Shown one piece after another: positions 37,790 to 51,051 of a DNA stretch of 64,000 bases. Within the stretch, counting starts at the first letter, position 1, and every line of letters begins with the position of its first letter. The translations under genes were made by a program, and so were the position numbers. The DNA lies in the NCBI GenBank assembly GCA_038087875.1, contig CM075989.1:3100001-3164000 (forward strand). Direction: 5' to 3'. Source of the stretch: Malacoraja senta (Eukaryota). The notes beneath the pieces are model-generated. The model was not told the DNA's origin, did not search any database, and was given only the letters and a program-made list of their open reading frames with translations.

Positions 37790-38830
37790 TCTCATAGTCA
37801 TGGGCATAGAGTAATACAGCATGGACACAGGCCCTTCGGCCGACCAACGTGTCCCATCTACACTCGTCCCACCTGCCTGCTTTTGGCCCATATCCCTCTA
37901 AACCTGCCCTATCCATCAACCTGTCGAAATGTCAACCTTCAACATTGCAACATAACCTGCCTCAACTACCTCCTCCGGCAGCTCGTTCCATACACCCTCC
38001 ACCCTTTGTGTAAAAAAGTTACCCCTCAGGTTCCCATTAAATCTTTCCCCCCTCAACTTCTGCAGGGTCCGTGCTGGGCCCTCTGCTGTTTGTGATATAT
38101 ATATATAAATATAAGGGCTTGGATGTAAATGTAGATGGGTTGGTGAGTAGGTTTGCTGATTACACCAAGATTGAAGGAGTGGCAGACAGTGACGAAGGCC
38201 GTCAGAAGACACAGCGGGATATACCTGTAGATCAGCTGCAGAAATGGGCGGACAAATGACAGCTGGAGTTTAACCCAAGCAAGTGTGAGGTGCTGACAGG
38301 TTAAATGTAAGGAGAGAGTCTACAGTTAATGGCATGACCCTTAACAGCATTAATGTGCAGAGGGATATGGGAGTCCAAGTTCAAAGCTGACTAAAGGTGG
38401 CAGCACAAGTAGATAGGGTGGTTAAGGCCTGAAGAAGGGTCTCGACACAAAACGTCACCCATTCCTTCTATCCAGAGATGCTGCCTGTCCCGCTGAGTTA
38501 CTCCAGCATTCAGTGTCTATCTTTAGTTAAGGCCTATAGCATGCTTGCCTCCATTGCTAGATGCAATGAATATAGGAGTGTGATACAGTTCTATAGGACT
38601 GTGGTTAGGCCACATTTGGAGTATTGCATGCAGCTCTGGACACCCCATTACAAAAGATGTGGAGGCTTTGGAAAGAGAGTAGAGGAGATTTACCAAGATC
38701 CTGCCTGGTGAGAGGGTCTCAGCTACATTAGGAGGTTGGACAGACTTGGATTGTTTTCCCTGGAATGTCGGAGATTGAGGGAAGACTTGATAGAAGTATA
38801 TAACATTAAGAGAGGCACAGATAAGGTTCA
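37790..38830. mobile_element. CR1 fragments: minus 3' end 37790-38050 and plus RT fragment 38060-38830
   Basis: LGPLLFVIY...SRFADYTKI; RPHLEYCMQLWTP. Confidence 0.8.
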
Positions 38831-38835
38831 ACTTT

Positions 38836-39118
38836 TGTCGTTGCCAGGTTTCTAAAAACAACCAGGGAACTTTCCAACTATAACTAATTTGTTCATTATG
38901 GTGGGCGAATAAGCAAGCCATGCATGGTGAATCAAAGAGATCTTTATTGATGAAGCAGAGATCAACACACACGCGAATGGGGGAAGGCTGACTGGGGGCT
39001 CTATATTTATACTAGGGCGTACCCCTAAACCCTGTGACAACTCCTTCCTGCCATTACCCAGTCACGTAACCCTACCCCCGACTGCCGATGGTTCGCCTAC
39101 CCACCAGGTGGCGCCACA
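38836..39118 (-). mobile_element. Possible LTR fragment or solo LTR
   Basis: Minus strand begins TG(tggcgcc), has tataaatatag and aataaa in order, and ends in CA; no TSD found and the left boundary is uncertain. Confidence 0.4.
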
Positions 39119-39580
39119 TCATCCTTATTCATCATTGAAAGAACATGGATGTAGAACATAGAACAGTACATCACTGGAACATGCACTTTGGTCCCTAATA
39201 TCTGTGCTGCACATGCTACCGTTAATGTAATCTCCTTTGCCCGTGTGTGATCCACATTCCTCCATCGTCTGCATATCCGTGTGCCAATCTAGACCACTAT
39301 CGTATCTGCCTCCACCCCCACTCTGCCAGGCACTTCTGCAACCAACACCATCATTCCTTCCAAACTCATCTCCAAATGGCGGCACCTTGGAACCTGCACC
39401 CCTTCCTCCAGTGGATCCTCGACTCTCTGGCCCAGACCACAATCAAGGAGCAGAGACGACAGTTGTACTTGTTGTGTTAACGTACAGTATTATCTGGTCT
39501 GTGTGGGTAGCATGCAGAACAAAACCTTTCTCGGTGCCTTAAACCTAAACCTTTGTTGGATTTATCATTTCCATTTTGAA

Positions 39581-40965
39581 AGGCAGCACAATGGCGCAGT
39601 GGAGGAGCTGCTGCCTCACAGCGCCAGAGACCCGACTTCGATCCTGACCTCGGTCGGGTGCCGTCTGTGTGGAGTTTGCATGTTCTCCCTATGACCGCGT
39701 GGGTTTTCTCCTGGTGCTCAGGTCTCATCCCACTTCCTCAAGACGTGCGGGTTTGTAGGTTAATTGGCTTCTGTAGAAGATTGCCCCTAGAGTGAAGGGA
39801 GTGGATGAGCAAGTGGGATAACATAGAACTAGTGTGAACGGGTTTACTGATGGTCGGTGTGGATTCGCTGGGGCCTAAAGGCCTACTTCCATACTGTATC
39901 TAGCAATGTTACAAAATTTTGAGATTTTAAAAATAAAGTCTGCAATTTATCCCATCAGATAAAGCATAAAAAGAAGTTTAATTTGACACTTAATTCACTT
40001 TCATATCTTCAGTATTAAAAAAGTTATGGCCATTATCATACTCAGAAATTAGCATCTAGTTCCCTATTGCTTTTCCATTGACTTAACACAAAAGCTGTGA
40101 TCGAGGACAGTTAAAAGCCCATAACTTTCTTAAAAATTATGGTAACTGAAAGAAATTTTCAGGTATTATAGATTGAAGCATTCTGAAACAAATATGAAAC
40201 AATCTTACTTCGAAGACATGAAAGTAAAGCATATAATTAGTTAGTTACCTAATTGTAGCTAATTACAAAATTCAATTACTAGATCTAAACATCTATCAAT
40301 TTCTTAAGAATAGATTAACATTTTTAAATAGCCTAAGTGTCCAAATAACATTCACACAATAATTCACAATATAACATAATTTTTAAATCTAATTTTCATG
40401 AATTTACAGGCCAAATGGAAGGAATTGAATGTTTAATACCTGTAAATTAATGGGGATTTAATTCATCTTGTGAGTGAGGATTTGCTGGAACGCGATCATT
40501 TGGAACGTTGATTTGCGGAGAATTTAACCCCGTATTGGCATGAAAAATACTGCCGTTAATTCGGGGAATAAAATCACCGTGTCGCATGACAAAATGTGAA
40601 TTAAAGTATTCTTAAGAAGCACTTTTATACATTTAAAGAAAGCACTTTCGTTTACCTGTCCATTGTGTGAAATCCGTCCCCGTTATCGGCGTTGACGCTT
40701 CAGGAGCTGGTTTTAAAATGACTGTAGCGCTGACATTGACGATTTAATAAAAATAAAAAATTCACAAAACGCTGATTTTATCAGCGAAGGTTTGTACTCC
40801 AACAAAATATTTCCAGGACAAGGGAGGAGAAACCGCGTTTTAACCCCGCCCCCCCCTTAAAGGCGCCAAAATCGCGCACACGGCCAGTGGCAGAATTACA
40901 GCGCGACTGAAGGTAAGTTTTGTAACATACCTACTGTATCTCTGAAACTAAAACAAAAACTAAAG
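39581..40965 (+). mobile_element. HE1-like V-SINE whose tail is split by the 1.03-kb TIR element
   Basis: Head at 39581; tail ctgtatc|insert|ctgtatctctgaaactaaa. Confidence 0.8.
39901..40933 (+). mobile_element. Non-autonomous DNA transposon (hAT-like termini, 7-bp TSD), copy 1
   Basis: TIR tagcaatgttacaaaa / ttttgtaacataccta; TSD ctgtatc at 39894-39900 and 40934-40940. Confidence 0.88.
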
Positions 40966-41679
40966 TTTTCACTCTGAACAATAATGTTATTTCTCACTCC
41001 ACAGCTGCATTTTTTTGTTTCCATTTGGATTTCTGACTCTTGTATTTTTGTTACTTTTTGATTTTATCAATCTGGTTAAATCCCACCAGCCTTCTGATAA
41101 ATGAGCATTGCCAACATTAGCAAACCTGACCTGTAGAGGTAAACTTTACTGATTGAAATTCATTTTATTAATAAGGATTACCTGTACTCAACAATAACTC
41201 ATAAACCAGGTCGTGTCGATCAGGATTGTAGCAACAATGATCGTTCGCAAGCATTGTGTAGATGCTGATTGGGAGAGGGAGGAAAGGGCAAAGGGATTAA
41301 CGGCCACATTGGCATCATGGCCACGTTGGTTCTGGGGTAAATTTGGGTATTACAAGCCAAATCTTGCGAGTGGGTGGGACCGTATTTCATTGCATGATGG
41401 AATTAGAGCCCCAAGTGAATCAGGGGACACAAAGAATTACAGGTGTTGGAATCACAAAGGAAGGGTCCCAAAACACAAAGTAACTCAGCACTTCAGGCAG
41501 AGTCTGTGGAGGGAATGGACAGGGAACGTTTCAGGTCAGGACCCCTTCTTCAGACTAATTGTCGTCGAGGGGAGTAAACTGGAAAAGAGACAATGTGGAA
41601 GAACAAAGTTGGTAAGAGATAGTTTATTTTGGGTGATTATTGTCACGTGCATTGAGATACAGTGAAAAGCTTTTGTTAT

Positions 41680-43364
41680 CAGTGCCCTCCATAATGTTTG
41701 GGACAAAGACCCATCATTTATTTATTTACCTCTGTACTCAACAATTTGAGATTTATAAAAGAAAAAAATCACATGCGGTTAAAATGCACATTGTCAGATT
41801 TTAATAAAGGCCATTTTTATACATTTTGGTTTCACCATGTAGAAATTACAGCAGTGTTTATACATAGTCCCCCCATTTCAGGTCACCATAATGTTTGGGA
41901 CACAGCAATGTCATATAAATGAAAGTAGTCATGTTTAGTATTTTGTTGCATATCCTTTGCATGCAATGACTGCTTGAGGTCTGCGTTTCATGGACATCAC
42001 CAGTTGCTGGGTATCTTCTCTGGTGATGCTCTGCCAGGCCTGTTTAGCTTATGCTTGTTTTGGGGGCTAGCCCCTTCATTTTTCTCTTCAGCATATAAAA
42101 GGCATGCTCAATTGGGTTCAGATCAGGCTATTGAATTGGCCACTCAAGAATTGACCAATTTTTAGCTTTGTTTGGGATCATTGTCCTGCTGTAGAATGAA
42201 CCACCGGCCAATGAGTTTTGAGGCATTTGTTTGAACTTGAGCAGATAGGATGTGTCTATACACTTCAGAATTCATTATGCTACTACCATCAGCAGTTGTA
42301 TCATCAATGAAGATAAGTGAGCCAGTACCTTCAGCAACCATACATACCCAGGCCACAACACCCCCACCACTGTGTTTCACAGATGAGGTGGTATGATTCA
42401 GATTCAGATTCAGATTCAACTTTATTGTCATTGTGCAGTGTACAGTACAGAGACAACGAAATGCAGTTAGCTTTAGATCTTGGGCAGTTCCTTCCATCCT
42501 CCTTACTTTGCTCTTGCCATTGCTCTGCTATAAGTTAATCTTCATCTCATCTGTCCACAAGACCTTTTTCCAGAACTGCGGTTGCTCTTTGTAAGTACTT
42601 CTTGGCAAACTGTAACCTGGCCATTCTATTTTTGCGGCTAACCAGTGGTTTGCATCTTGCAGTGTAGCCACTGTATTTCTGTTCATGAAGTTTTCTGCGG
42701 ACAGTGGTCATTGACAAATCCACACCTGACTCCTGACGAGTGTTTCTGATCTGTCCGACAGGTGTTTGGGGATTTTTCTTCATTACAGAGAGAATTCTTC
42801 TGTCATCAGCTGTGGAGGTCTTCCTTGGCCTGCCAGTCCCTTTGCGATTAGTAAGCTCACCAGTGATCTCTTTCTTCTTAATGATGTTCCAAACAGTTGA
42901 TTTTGATAAGCCTAAGGTTTGGCTGATGTCTCTGACAGTTTTATTCTTGTTTCTCAGTCTCACAATGGCTTCTTTGACTTTCATTGGCACAACTTTGGTC
43001 CTCATGTTGATAAACAGCAATAAAAGTTACCAAAGTTAATGGAAAGACTGGGGGAAAGACTAGATGCTGAGAGCTCTCTTATACCTGCATTAAGGAGGCA
43101 ATTAAACACACCTGAGCAATTACAAACGCCTGTGAATCCATGTGTCCCAAATATTATGGTGTCCTGAAATGGGGGGACTATGTATAAACACAGCTGTAAT
43201 TTCTACATGGTGAAACCAAAATGTATAAAAATGGCCTTTAATAAAATCTGACAATGTGCACTTTAACCACATGTGATTTTTTCCGTTACAAATCTCAAAT
43301 TGTGGAGTACAGGGGCAAATAGATAATTGATGGGTCTTTGTCCCAAACATTATGGAGGGCACTG
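41680..43364 (-). mobile_element. Tc1/mariner transposon of IR/DR type, inactive
   Basis: ~225-bp TIRs (cagtgccctccataatgtttggg...); 17-bp DRs at 41689, 41886, 43143 and 43339; TA on the right flank. Confidence 0.93.
41960..43005 (-). pseudogene. Tc1 transposase with frameshifts, deletion and a Rex1-tail insertion at 42396-42470
   Basis: HTH domain with GRPRKT; VKHSGGGVVAW; QQDNDPK; PDLNPIEH motifs in different frames. Confidence 0.88.
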
Positions 43365-43913
43365 TACATGCTATCCAGTCAAAAATACTATACACGATTA
43401 CAATAAAGCTGTCTACAATGTAGAGATAAAACATAAACGGACACTTTAATAACTGGCACTGGCCACTCAAATCAGCTGCCCCGGACATGTTTATGATTGG
43501 TTTTACTGTATTTTAACGCTGTTGTTTTACCTACTTTTTTAACTATTTATACTGTTCCATCAGGGACTGGATTGTATTTAGTGTTATTATGTGTGGAATG
43601 TTTTAAATTTCATGTGCGATGCTCCGGTATTCCCTGGGAAACGTCTTTTCATTTTGTACAACTGTTGCTTGCAAGATGACAATCAAGGTTGATTGATTGA
43701 TAAAGAGTACAACATTTTGAACAAGATAAAGTCTAATAATGTCCGATTAAAGATAGTTCAAAGGTGGCTGGTGAGGTAGCTGGGATGTCTGGACTGCACT
43801 CGAGCTGCTGAGAGAATGGTTCAGTTGCCTGATAACAGCTGGCAAGAAACTGTCCCTGAATATGTTGGTATGCGTTTTGATAAGTAGGTACAGGTTAGGG
43901 TGGTTTGTTTGTA

Positions 43914-44310
43914 ATAGAAACATGGAAACATAGAAATAGGTGCAGGAGTAGGCCATGCGGCCCTACGAGCCAGAACGGCCATTCAATATGATCATGACTG
44001 ATCATCCAAAATCAGTACCCCGTTCCCGTTTTCTCCCCATATCCCTCGATTCCATTAGCCCTAAGAGCTATATCTAACTATCTCTTGAATACATCCAGTG
44101 AATTGGCCTCCACTGCCTTCTGTGGCAGAGAATTCCGCAGATTCACAACTCTCTGGGGGAAAAAGTTTTTCCACATCTCAGTCCTAAAAGGCCTACCCTT
44201 TATTCTTAAACTGTAACGCCTGGTTCTGGACTCCCCCAACATCGGGAACATTTTTCCTGTCCAATCCCTTAAGAATTTTATATGTTTCTATAAGATCCCC
44301 TCTCATCCTG
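43914..44310 (-). mobile_element. CR1 3' end (followed by a SINE 3' half at 44310-44450, plus strand)
   Basis: catagaaataggtgcaggagtaggcc... Confidence 0.85.
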
Positions 44311-45074
44311 TAGGCTAATTGGCTTGGTAAATTTGTAAATTGTCCCTAGATTGTGTATGATGGTGTTAGTGTGCGGGGATCGCTGGTCGGCGCAGACTCG
44401 GTGGGCCGAAGGGCTTGTTTCCGCACTGTATCTCTAAACTAAACTAAACTATATTCATTGCCTGAAGAATAGGATATGGTAGGAGAGGTTTGGAGGGATA
44501 TGGAGCATGTTGGTCGGTGGGGGCAAGTTGAGCCGAAGGCCCTGCTTCCACACGATACGACTCTCTGAAGTCTGAAGAAGGGTCCCAACACAAATCATCA
44601 TCTGTCCATTCCCTCCACAGATGCTGCCCGACCCGCTGAGTTCCTCTGACACTTTATATTTTTCTCAAGAATCCAGCAACCTTGCCTGGTGTCACTTTGC
44701 CTGGGCAGCAGCTACAATCACAGCAATCGTGAGTAGATTTTTCTACTCAAGCCTAAATCCAAAGCAAATTAGCCAGAAGGAGTTCAGTCCAGGGGCATGG
44801 AGTTCCATCAGGCTAATGTCACACCAAGCACCCACTCACTAAACCAATGGCAAACTCATCAAAACATGAAATATAAAAACACAAAATACTGGATACACTC
44901 TGCAAGTCAGGCAGCATCCTAGGAAAGGATTCACATTAAAGGTTAACGTGCTGGGAAAGATAAGAAAACAAGTTTGTTTTGAGTTGCAGAAAAGATAGTG
45001 AGGTGGGTAGGACCTCAAAATATTTGTTGGGGGAAGTCAGCGATGCCTTGGAGATAAGTTGCATCCTTTTGAAT

Positions 45075-45622
45075 TTACTTTGGAGATATAGAACGTAAAC
45101 AGGTCCTTCACCAGCGATCACCTACTAACACCATCCGACACACTAGGGACAATTTATAATTTTACCAAAGTAAGTTAACCTCCAAGCCTGTACATCTCTG
45201 GAGTGCGGGAGGAAACCGGAGCACCCGGAGAAAACCCACGTGGTCACATGGAGAATTTACAAATTCCATACTGACAGCACCCATAGTCAGGATCGAACCC
45301 GGGACTCTGGCGCTATAAGGCAGCAACTCTTGCACTGTAAAGGGCCTGTCTCACTTGGGCGTCATTTGCGCGTCACGCAGATGGCGCGCGAAGATTTTGA
45401 ACATCCCAAAATCCTGGGGCGCCGCGCGCAACCGCGCGTCACTGCCTACGTCACCACGCCCCATGCGCGTGTCATGCGCACCACGCGCGCATCAGGTGCG
45501 CGTCACGACACGCGCGCGTGCGTCGTGACGCATAAACGATGTCACGTAAATTACGCGCAAATGACGCCCAAGTGGGACAGGCCCTTAAGGCAGCAACTCC
45601 ACCGCTGCACCACTGTGCTGCC
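45075..45622 (-). mobile_element. HE1-like V-SINE with a Harbinger-like MITE at 45341-45585
   Basis: TAA TSD; TIR agggcctgtctcacttgggcgtcatttgcgcg / cgcgcaaatgacgcccaagtgggacaggccct. Confidence 0.88.
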
Positions 45623-45912
45623 CTCGATGCGACCGTCATTTGGTCAATGGGTTAGTAAGTGGCTGGGAGGTGGTGAGAGAGTGAGAACACAAAGAAACAT
45701 AAGACGTTGCAACCATAAGCGTGTGGAAAGCACCAGGAGATCAGGCTTCACTCATAGAGGGGGGCACAGACAATGCACAGACAGGTGACACAGCAGAATT
45801 GGACCGTTCTGAGGCAGATGGAGAACTCAGTGCTTAGTCCTGAAGACTGCGGCATGATCTGACAGAAGATGAGGTGCTGTTCCTCAAACCTGCAACAAGC
45901 CTCTTTACTCTG

Positions 45913-46225
45913 TGGGCGGCCACAGTTGCGCAGCGGTAGAGTTGCTGCCTTACAGCGCTTGCAGCTCCGGAGACACAGGTTCGATCCCGACTGCGGGTGC
46001 TATCTGTACGGAGTTTGTACGTTCTCCCCGTGCCCGTGTGGGTTTTCTCGGAGATCTTCAGTTTCCTCCCACACTCCAAAGATGTACAGGTATGTAGGTT
46101 ACTTGTCTTGGCGTAAGTGTAAATTGTCCCCAGTGTGAGTAGGATAATGTTAATGTGCGGGGATCGCTGGTCGGTGCGGACTCGGTGGGCCAAATTATTC
46201 CGCGCTGTATCTCTAAACTAAACAA
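45913..46225 (+). mobile_element. HE1-like V-SINE
   Basis: Consensus match. Confidence 0.88.
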
Positions 46226-46646
46226 TAGTGCAGAAGGCCATAGACAACAGGATTGGAATGGGTTAAAGGAACTGTAGATGCTGGTCGACACCACAGATAG
46301 ATACTGTACTGGAGTAACTCAGCAGCTCAGGCAGAATCTCTGGTGATAAAAGCGTGGGTGATGTCTTGGGTCGGAAACCTTCTTCAGATTGGAATGGGAG
46401 TTGGAGTGGGATGGAGAATTAATATGACAAGCAAGTGGAAATTCAGGGTCGTTCTTACCATTGAACGCATAAGCTCAGCAAAACAATCCCTTAATATGGA
46501 AAATCCAGCACTTTAGGTCTTTTTTTGTAAACCAACATCTGCAGTTCATTGTTTCTACTGCCAGAGGAGATAGTTGAGACAGGTACTATAACAACATTTC
46601 AAAGATTTTCGGGCAGTTACATGGATAGGAAAGATTTGGAGGCATA

Positions 46647-46970
46647 GGGGCGGCACGGTGACGCAGTGGTAGAGTTGCTGCCTTACAACGCCAGAGACCT
46701 GGGTTCGATCCTGACTATGAGTGCTGTCTGTATGGAATTTGTATGTTCTCCCCGTGACCTGTGTGGGTTTTCTCCAGGAGCCCCGGTTTCCTCCTACACT
46801 CCAAAGACGTACAGGTTTGTAGGTTAATTGGCTTTGGTAAAATTGTAAATTGTCCCTTGCGTGTGTGTAGGACAGTGCTAGTGTGCGGTGATCGCTGGTC
46901 GGCGCGGACTCGGTAGGCCAAAGGGCCTTTTTCCACGCTGTATCTCTAAACTTAATCTAAACCAAACTAA
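46647..46970 (+). mobile_element. HE1-like V-SINE inserted in a CR1 tail (46560-47080)
   Basis: Consensus match; CR1 tail resumes ggcccaaac...gggccgaagggcctg. Confidence 0.85.
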
Positions 46971-47785
46971 AGGCCCAAACACCAAGTTGCCCAAGGATGG
47001 GCCACAGCGTAGATGGGACATCTTGGTTGATGGGCAAGTTGGGCCGAAGGGCCTGTATCAGTGCAGCATGATTCTATGACTCCCTAAAACAATGCTTTCT
47101 TGCAATAAAACGTTCATTGTCAACAAGTGGTTCAGGAATGCTTCTTAGCTACCGACTTTTACAGACTATGTGACCAGAACATGCGGTGGTGGTTAATTGT
47201 ATTGTTTTAATGGCCATTTACTAGTTCCTGTTGCTTGCGGAACCGTGAAGTCTTATTGAGTTACTTAGAAAATGGACTGACAAACATCTGTAAACTGGAG
47301 TTGTCAGATTGTCAGAAGCGTGAGATAGCAACACAAACAACTAGGGGGCCAGCCATTGTCTGCTTGACAGCTCACTGCTCGTAAACGGACAGAAAACAAG
47401 ATTAACTTTGCTGTCTGCTGTGGAGAGTGGTTGATTTCTGCAGTTGTTTGAAAGCCACAGATTGCACCGTTTTCAAGCTCATTGTCCTTCAGTGTGTCTG
47501 CTCTGTACAGGCCAGCAAGCTCGGGAATGGCAACCCAGGGATCTGCCGCAAGTTAGCAATTCGCTGCGTTGGCAGCCTAATCTGTCCAAGATATTGCACA
47601 GATTACTGTTTTGGCGCCTTGAGAAAGCGACTCTCTGGAGGTCAAACCTCGTTATGGTGCATGTAGCTTGTAATACTGCTGCCTGAGATGGTGTGGCCTC
47701 TGTCAGCAGCTTGCCAAGGCCGGGGGTCCCAGCGTCACATCAGATGCCCAAACCCCCAGCAACCTGCCCTCAGAGTACATGGCCC

Positions 47786-48095
47786 AACCAGGGGCCACAG
47801 TCTGAGCATAAAGGGGAGGCCATTTAAGACTGAGGTGAGAAAAAACTTTTTCACCCAGAGAGTTGTGAATTTGTGGAATTCCCTGCCACAGAGGGCAGTG
47901 GAGGCCAAATCACTGGATGGATTTAAGAGAGCATTAGATAGAGCTCTTGGGGCTAGTGGAATCATGGGATATGGGAAGAAGGCAGGCACGGGTTATTGAT
48001 TGGGGATGATCAGCCATGATCACAATGAATGGCGTTGCTGGCTCGAAGGGCGGAATGGCCTCCTCCTGCACCTATTTTCTATGTTTCTATGTTTC
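47786..48095 (+). mobile_element. CR1 3' end
   Basis: TRGHSLSIKGRPFKTEVRKNFFTQRVVNLWNSLP; (tttctatg)n. Confidence 0.9.
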
Positions 48096-48957
48096 TCTGT
48101 AACTCTTTTTATGTTTAGGGAGGAACTACAGATGCTGGTTTAAAGATGCTGGTCTGAAGAAGTGTCTCGACTCGAAACGTCACATATTCCTTTTCTCCAG
48201 AGATGCCGTATGACCTGTTGAGTTACTCCAGCATTTTGTGTTCTATCTTCTTTTTGATGTTTGTTTCTCAATGTCCAGTTAGTCTTGTTGGACATTTGGA
48301 TGGGATGAAACGAGCTGCCAGAGTCCAGAGAGTCAAGAGTGTTTTATTGTCATATGTCCCAGACAGAACAATGAAATTCTTACTTGCACAGGGAAGAGGT
48401 GGGTGCGGCTGTTACGATAACAATATCTTGACTGTTATCTTATGAAGAGCTTAAAGGTGTTCAATTGTCATACTGTATGTACCAACAATGGAACAATGAA
48501 GTTCGTGCAGCAGCATACAGGTAACAGGCCTGTGAACACAATACACAAATATATAATAATCAAAAATTCAATACATTAATAACCGCAATACTAGTGCAAA
48601 AATCCCAATCAAAGACAATCCATAGTTCATAGTTGAGATTAGTGTTTTGCAGTGTTCAAGAGCCTGATGGTGGCTGGGAATAAGTTATTGGTCATGATTG
48701 TCAGACTCCTGCACCTTCTTCTCAATGTTATGGGTGAAATGAGAGCGTAGCCAGGGTGGTGTGGGCCATTGATGATACTGACTTCCCTTTGGGGATGACA
48801 GTACCTGTGATGGATCATTAGTGTCCACCATTCTCTGTAATCATCTGGCCACTCCCTCTTCTCCCCTCTCCCATCGGGCAAAAGGTATAGAAGTGTGAAA
48901 AGGCACACCTCTGGATTCAGGGACAGTTTCAGCTGTTATCAGGCAACTGAGTCCCTT

Positions 48958-49430
48958 TGATGGCGGGACTGTCATATGAGGAAAGATTGAAAAGACTAGG
49001 CTTGTATTCACTGGAGTTTAGAAGGATGAGGGGGATCTTATAGAAACATATAAAATTATAAAAGGACTGGACAAGCTAGATGCAGGAAAAATGTTCCCAA
49101 TGTTGGGCGAGTCCAGAACCAGGGGGCACAGTCTTAGAATAAAGGGGAGGTCATTTAAGACTGAGGTGAGAAAAAAACTTTTTCACCCAGAGAGTTGTGA
49201 ATTTGTGGAATTCCCTGCCACAGAGGGCAGTGGAGGCCAAATCACTGGATGGATTTAAGAGAGAGTTAGATAGAGCTCTAGGGGCTAGTGGAATCAAGAG
49301 ATATAGGGAGAAGGCAGGCATGGGTTATTGATTGGGGACGATCAGCCATGATCACAATGAATGGCGGTGCTGGCTCGAAGGGCCGAATGGCCTCCACCTG
49401 CACCTATTTTCTATGTTTCTATGTTTCTAT
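48958..49430 (+). mobile_element. CR1 3' end inserted in a Rex1 fragment (48590-49675)
   Basis: Near-identical to 7995-8470; Rex1 text aggcaactga...ccaccacaacc resumes after it. Confidence 0.88.
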
Positions 49431-49739
49431 CCCACCACAACCAAAGAGCAGTGCTGAACTACTATCTACTTCATTGGAGACCCTCGGACCATCTTTGAAC
49501 GGACTTTACTGGGCTTTATCTTGCACTAAACGTTACTTACGTTATTCCCTTCATCATGTATCTGTACACTGTAATGGCTCGGTTGTAAACATGTATTGAC
49601 TTTCCGCTGACTGGTTAGCACGCAGCAAAAGCTTTTCACTGTACCTGGGTACATGTGACAATGAACTAAACTGAAACTCATCTTCATTCCTGGGTGTTCA
49701 GGAGAGTATTTGTTGACAGACTGAATCTCCTCTATCTAC

Positions 49740-50185
49740 TAAAGAATATGAGGTGCTGTTCCTCCAGCTTTTTGTGTGGCTCTCTCTGGCAATGGAGGAG
49801 GCTCAGGACTGAAAGGTCAGTAGGAGAATGGGAAGGGGAGGTAAAAATGGTTGGAAACCAGGATCCAGCAGGCATTGGTGGACCGAGCTCAGGTTTTTAG
49901 GGTAATGGACGCCGAGTCTAAGCTTGTTCCCGCCACTATATAGGAGGCCACATCGGGAACATCAAATGCAATAGTTGAGGTTGCAGCAGGTACACGTGAA
50001 CCTCCGTCTCACCTGGAAGGATCGCTGGGGTCCTTGGACGGAGGCGAGGGAGAAGATACAGGAGCAATTGTTACATCTCCAGCGGTTGCAGGGGAAAGTA
50101 CCTGGACAAGGTGCAATGTGGACGGGAAGGGATGAGCAAAGTTGCAAAGGGAGTAGTCACTGTAGTAAACGGAAGTGGAACGGGA
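49740..50185 (-). mobile_element. Penelope GIY-YIG region remnant
   Basis: ORF 49962-50147: PGTFPCNRWRCNNC...GPQRSFQVRRRFTCTCCNLNYCI. Confidence 0.8.
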
Positions 50186-50796
50186 GGTGATGCATGGCTC
50201 AGTCCTTCCCGAGGTGCCACGGCCACCGTGCTTGGCCAGAAGGCTGGCGGTTCAGCGGTGCCCACCAGTAAGGCCTGAAGGCTCGTAACCGGGAGGAAAG
50301 TCGGGCGTGAGGAGCAAGGGCCTGTAGGAGGGTGAACGGGGGTAAAGTCTCCAACGCCTTCTGGTCGGCTGCAGGAGGCGCCCACGGGACACAAAGATGA
50401 CAAGGCGGGGAGAGGAGAGGGGCGTCAGTTCACGGGAACTGCTCCAGTACATTGCGCGCACGGGCCCACGGAGTTTGGACTTTGAATAATGGCGCCAATA
50501 TATGGTAGCACCTGCATATGTAATATATGTAACATGAATTTCTCTGTGCAGTTGCGATGTGACATAAACCACCGTTGAACCACTGGGATAGGAATGGGAT
50601 AGAGGGAATTGCATTTGGATGATTGGTAATGAACAGCTGAGGATGGTTAAGTTGCCCACGCTCCTATTAGTTTTAATAGTTCACTGAGTCAGGGAAATTC
50701 TCTACAATGCCCGCCCAATATATATATCCTTTATCCAGCATCCCCAACCTAAGATTACTTAACCATTGTCATATTACTGTGCATATTGCTTTTTAT

Positions 50797-51051
50797 GTTT
50801 AGTTTAGAGATACAGCGTGGAAACAGGCCCTTCGGCCCAACGAGTACAGACCAACCAGCGATCCCCGCACTCTCACACTATCCTACACACACCAGGGACA
50901 ATTTTACATTTATACCAAGCCAATTTACCTACAAACCTGTACATCTTTGGAGTGTGGGAGGAAACCGGAGATCCTGGAGAAAGCCCACATATGTCACTGG
51001 GAAAACGTACAAACTCCATACAGACAAGTACCCGTAGTCAGGATCAAACCC
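50797..51051 (-). mobile_element. HE1-like V-SINE (head truncated)
   Basis: Consensus match in reverse. Confidence 0.82.

Noticed and set aside
47427..47686. Cys-rich 79-80 aa ORFs in unique sequence
   Set aside because: Non-ATG starts, no domain pattern, and lengths expected by chance
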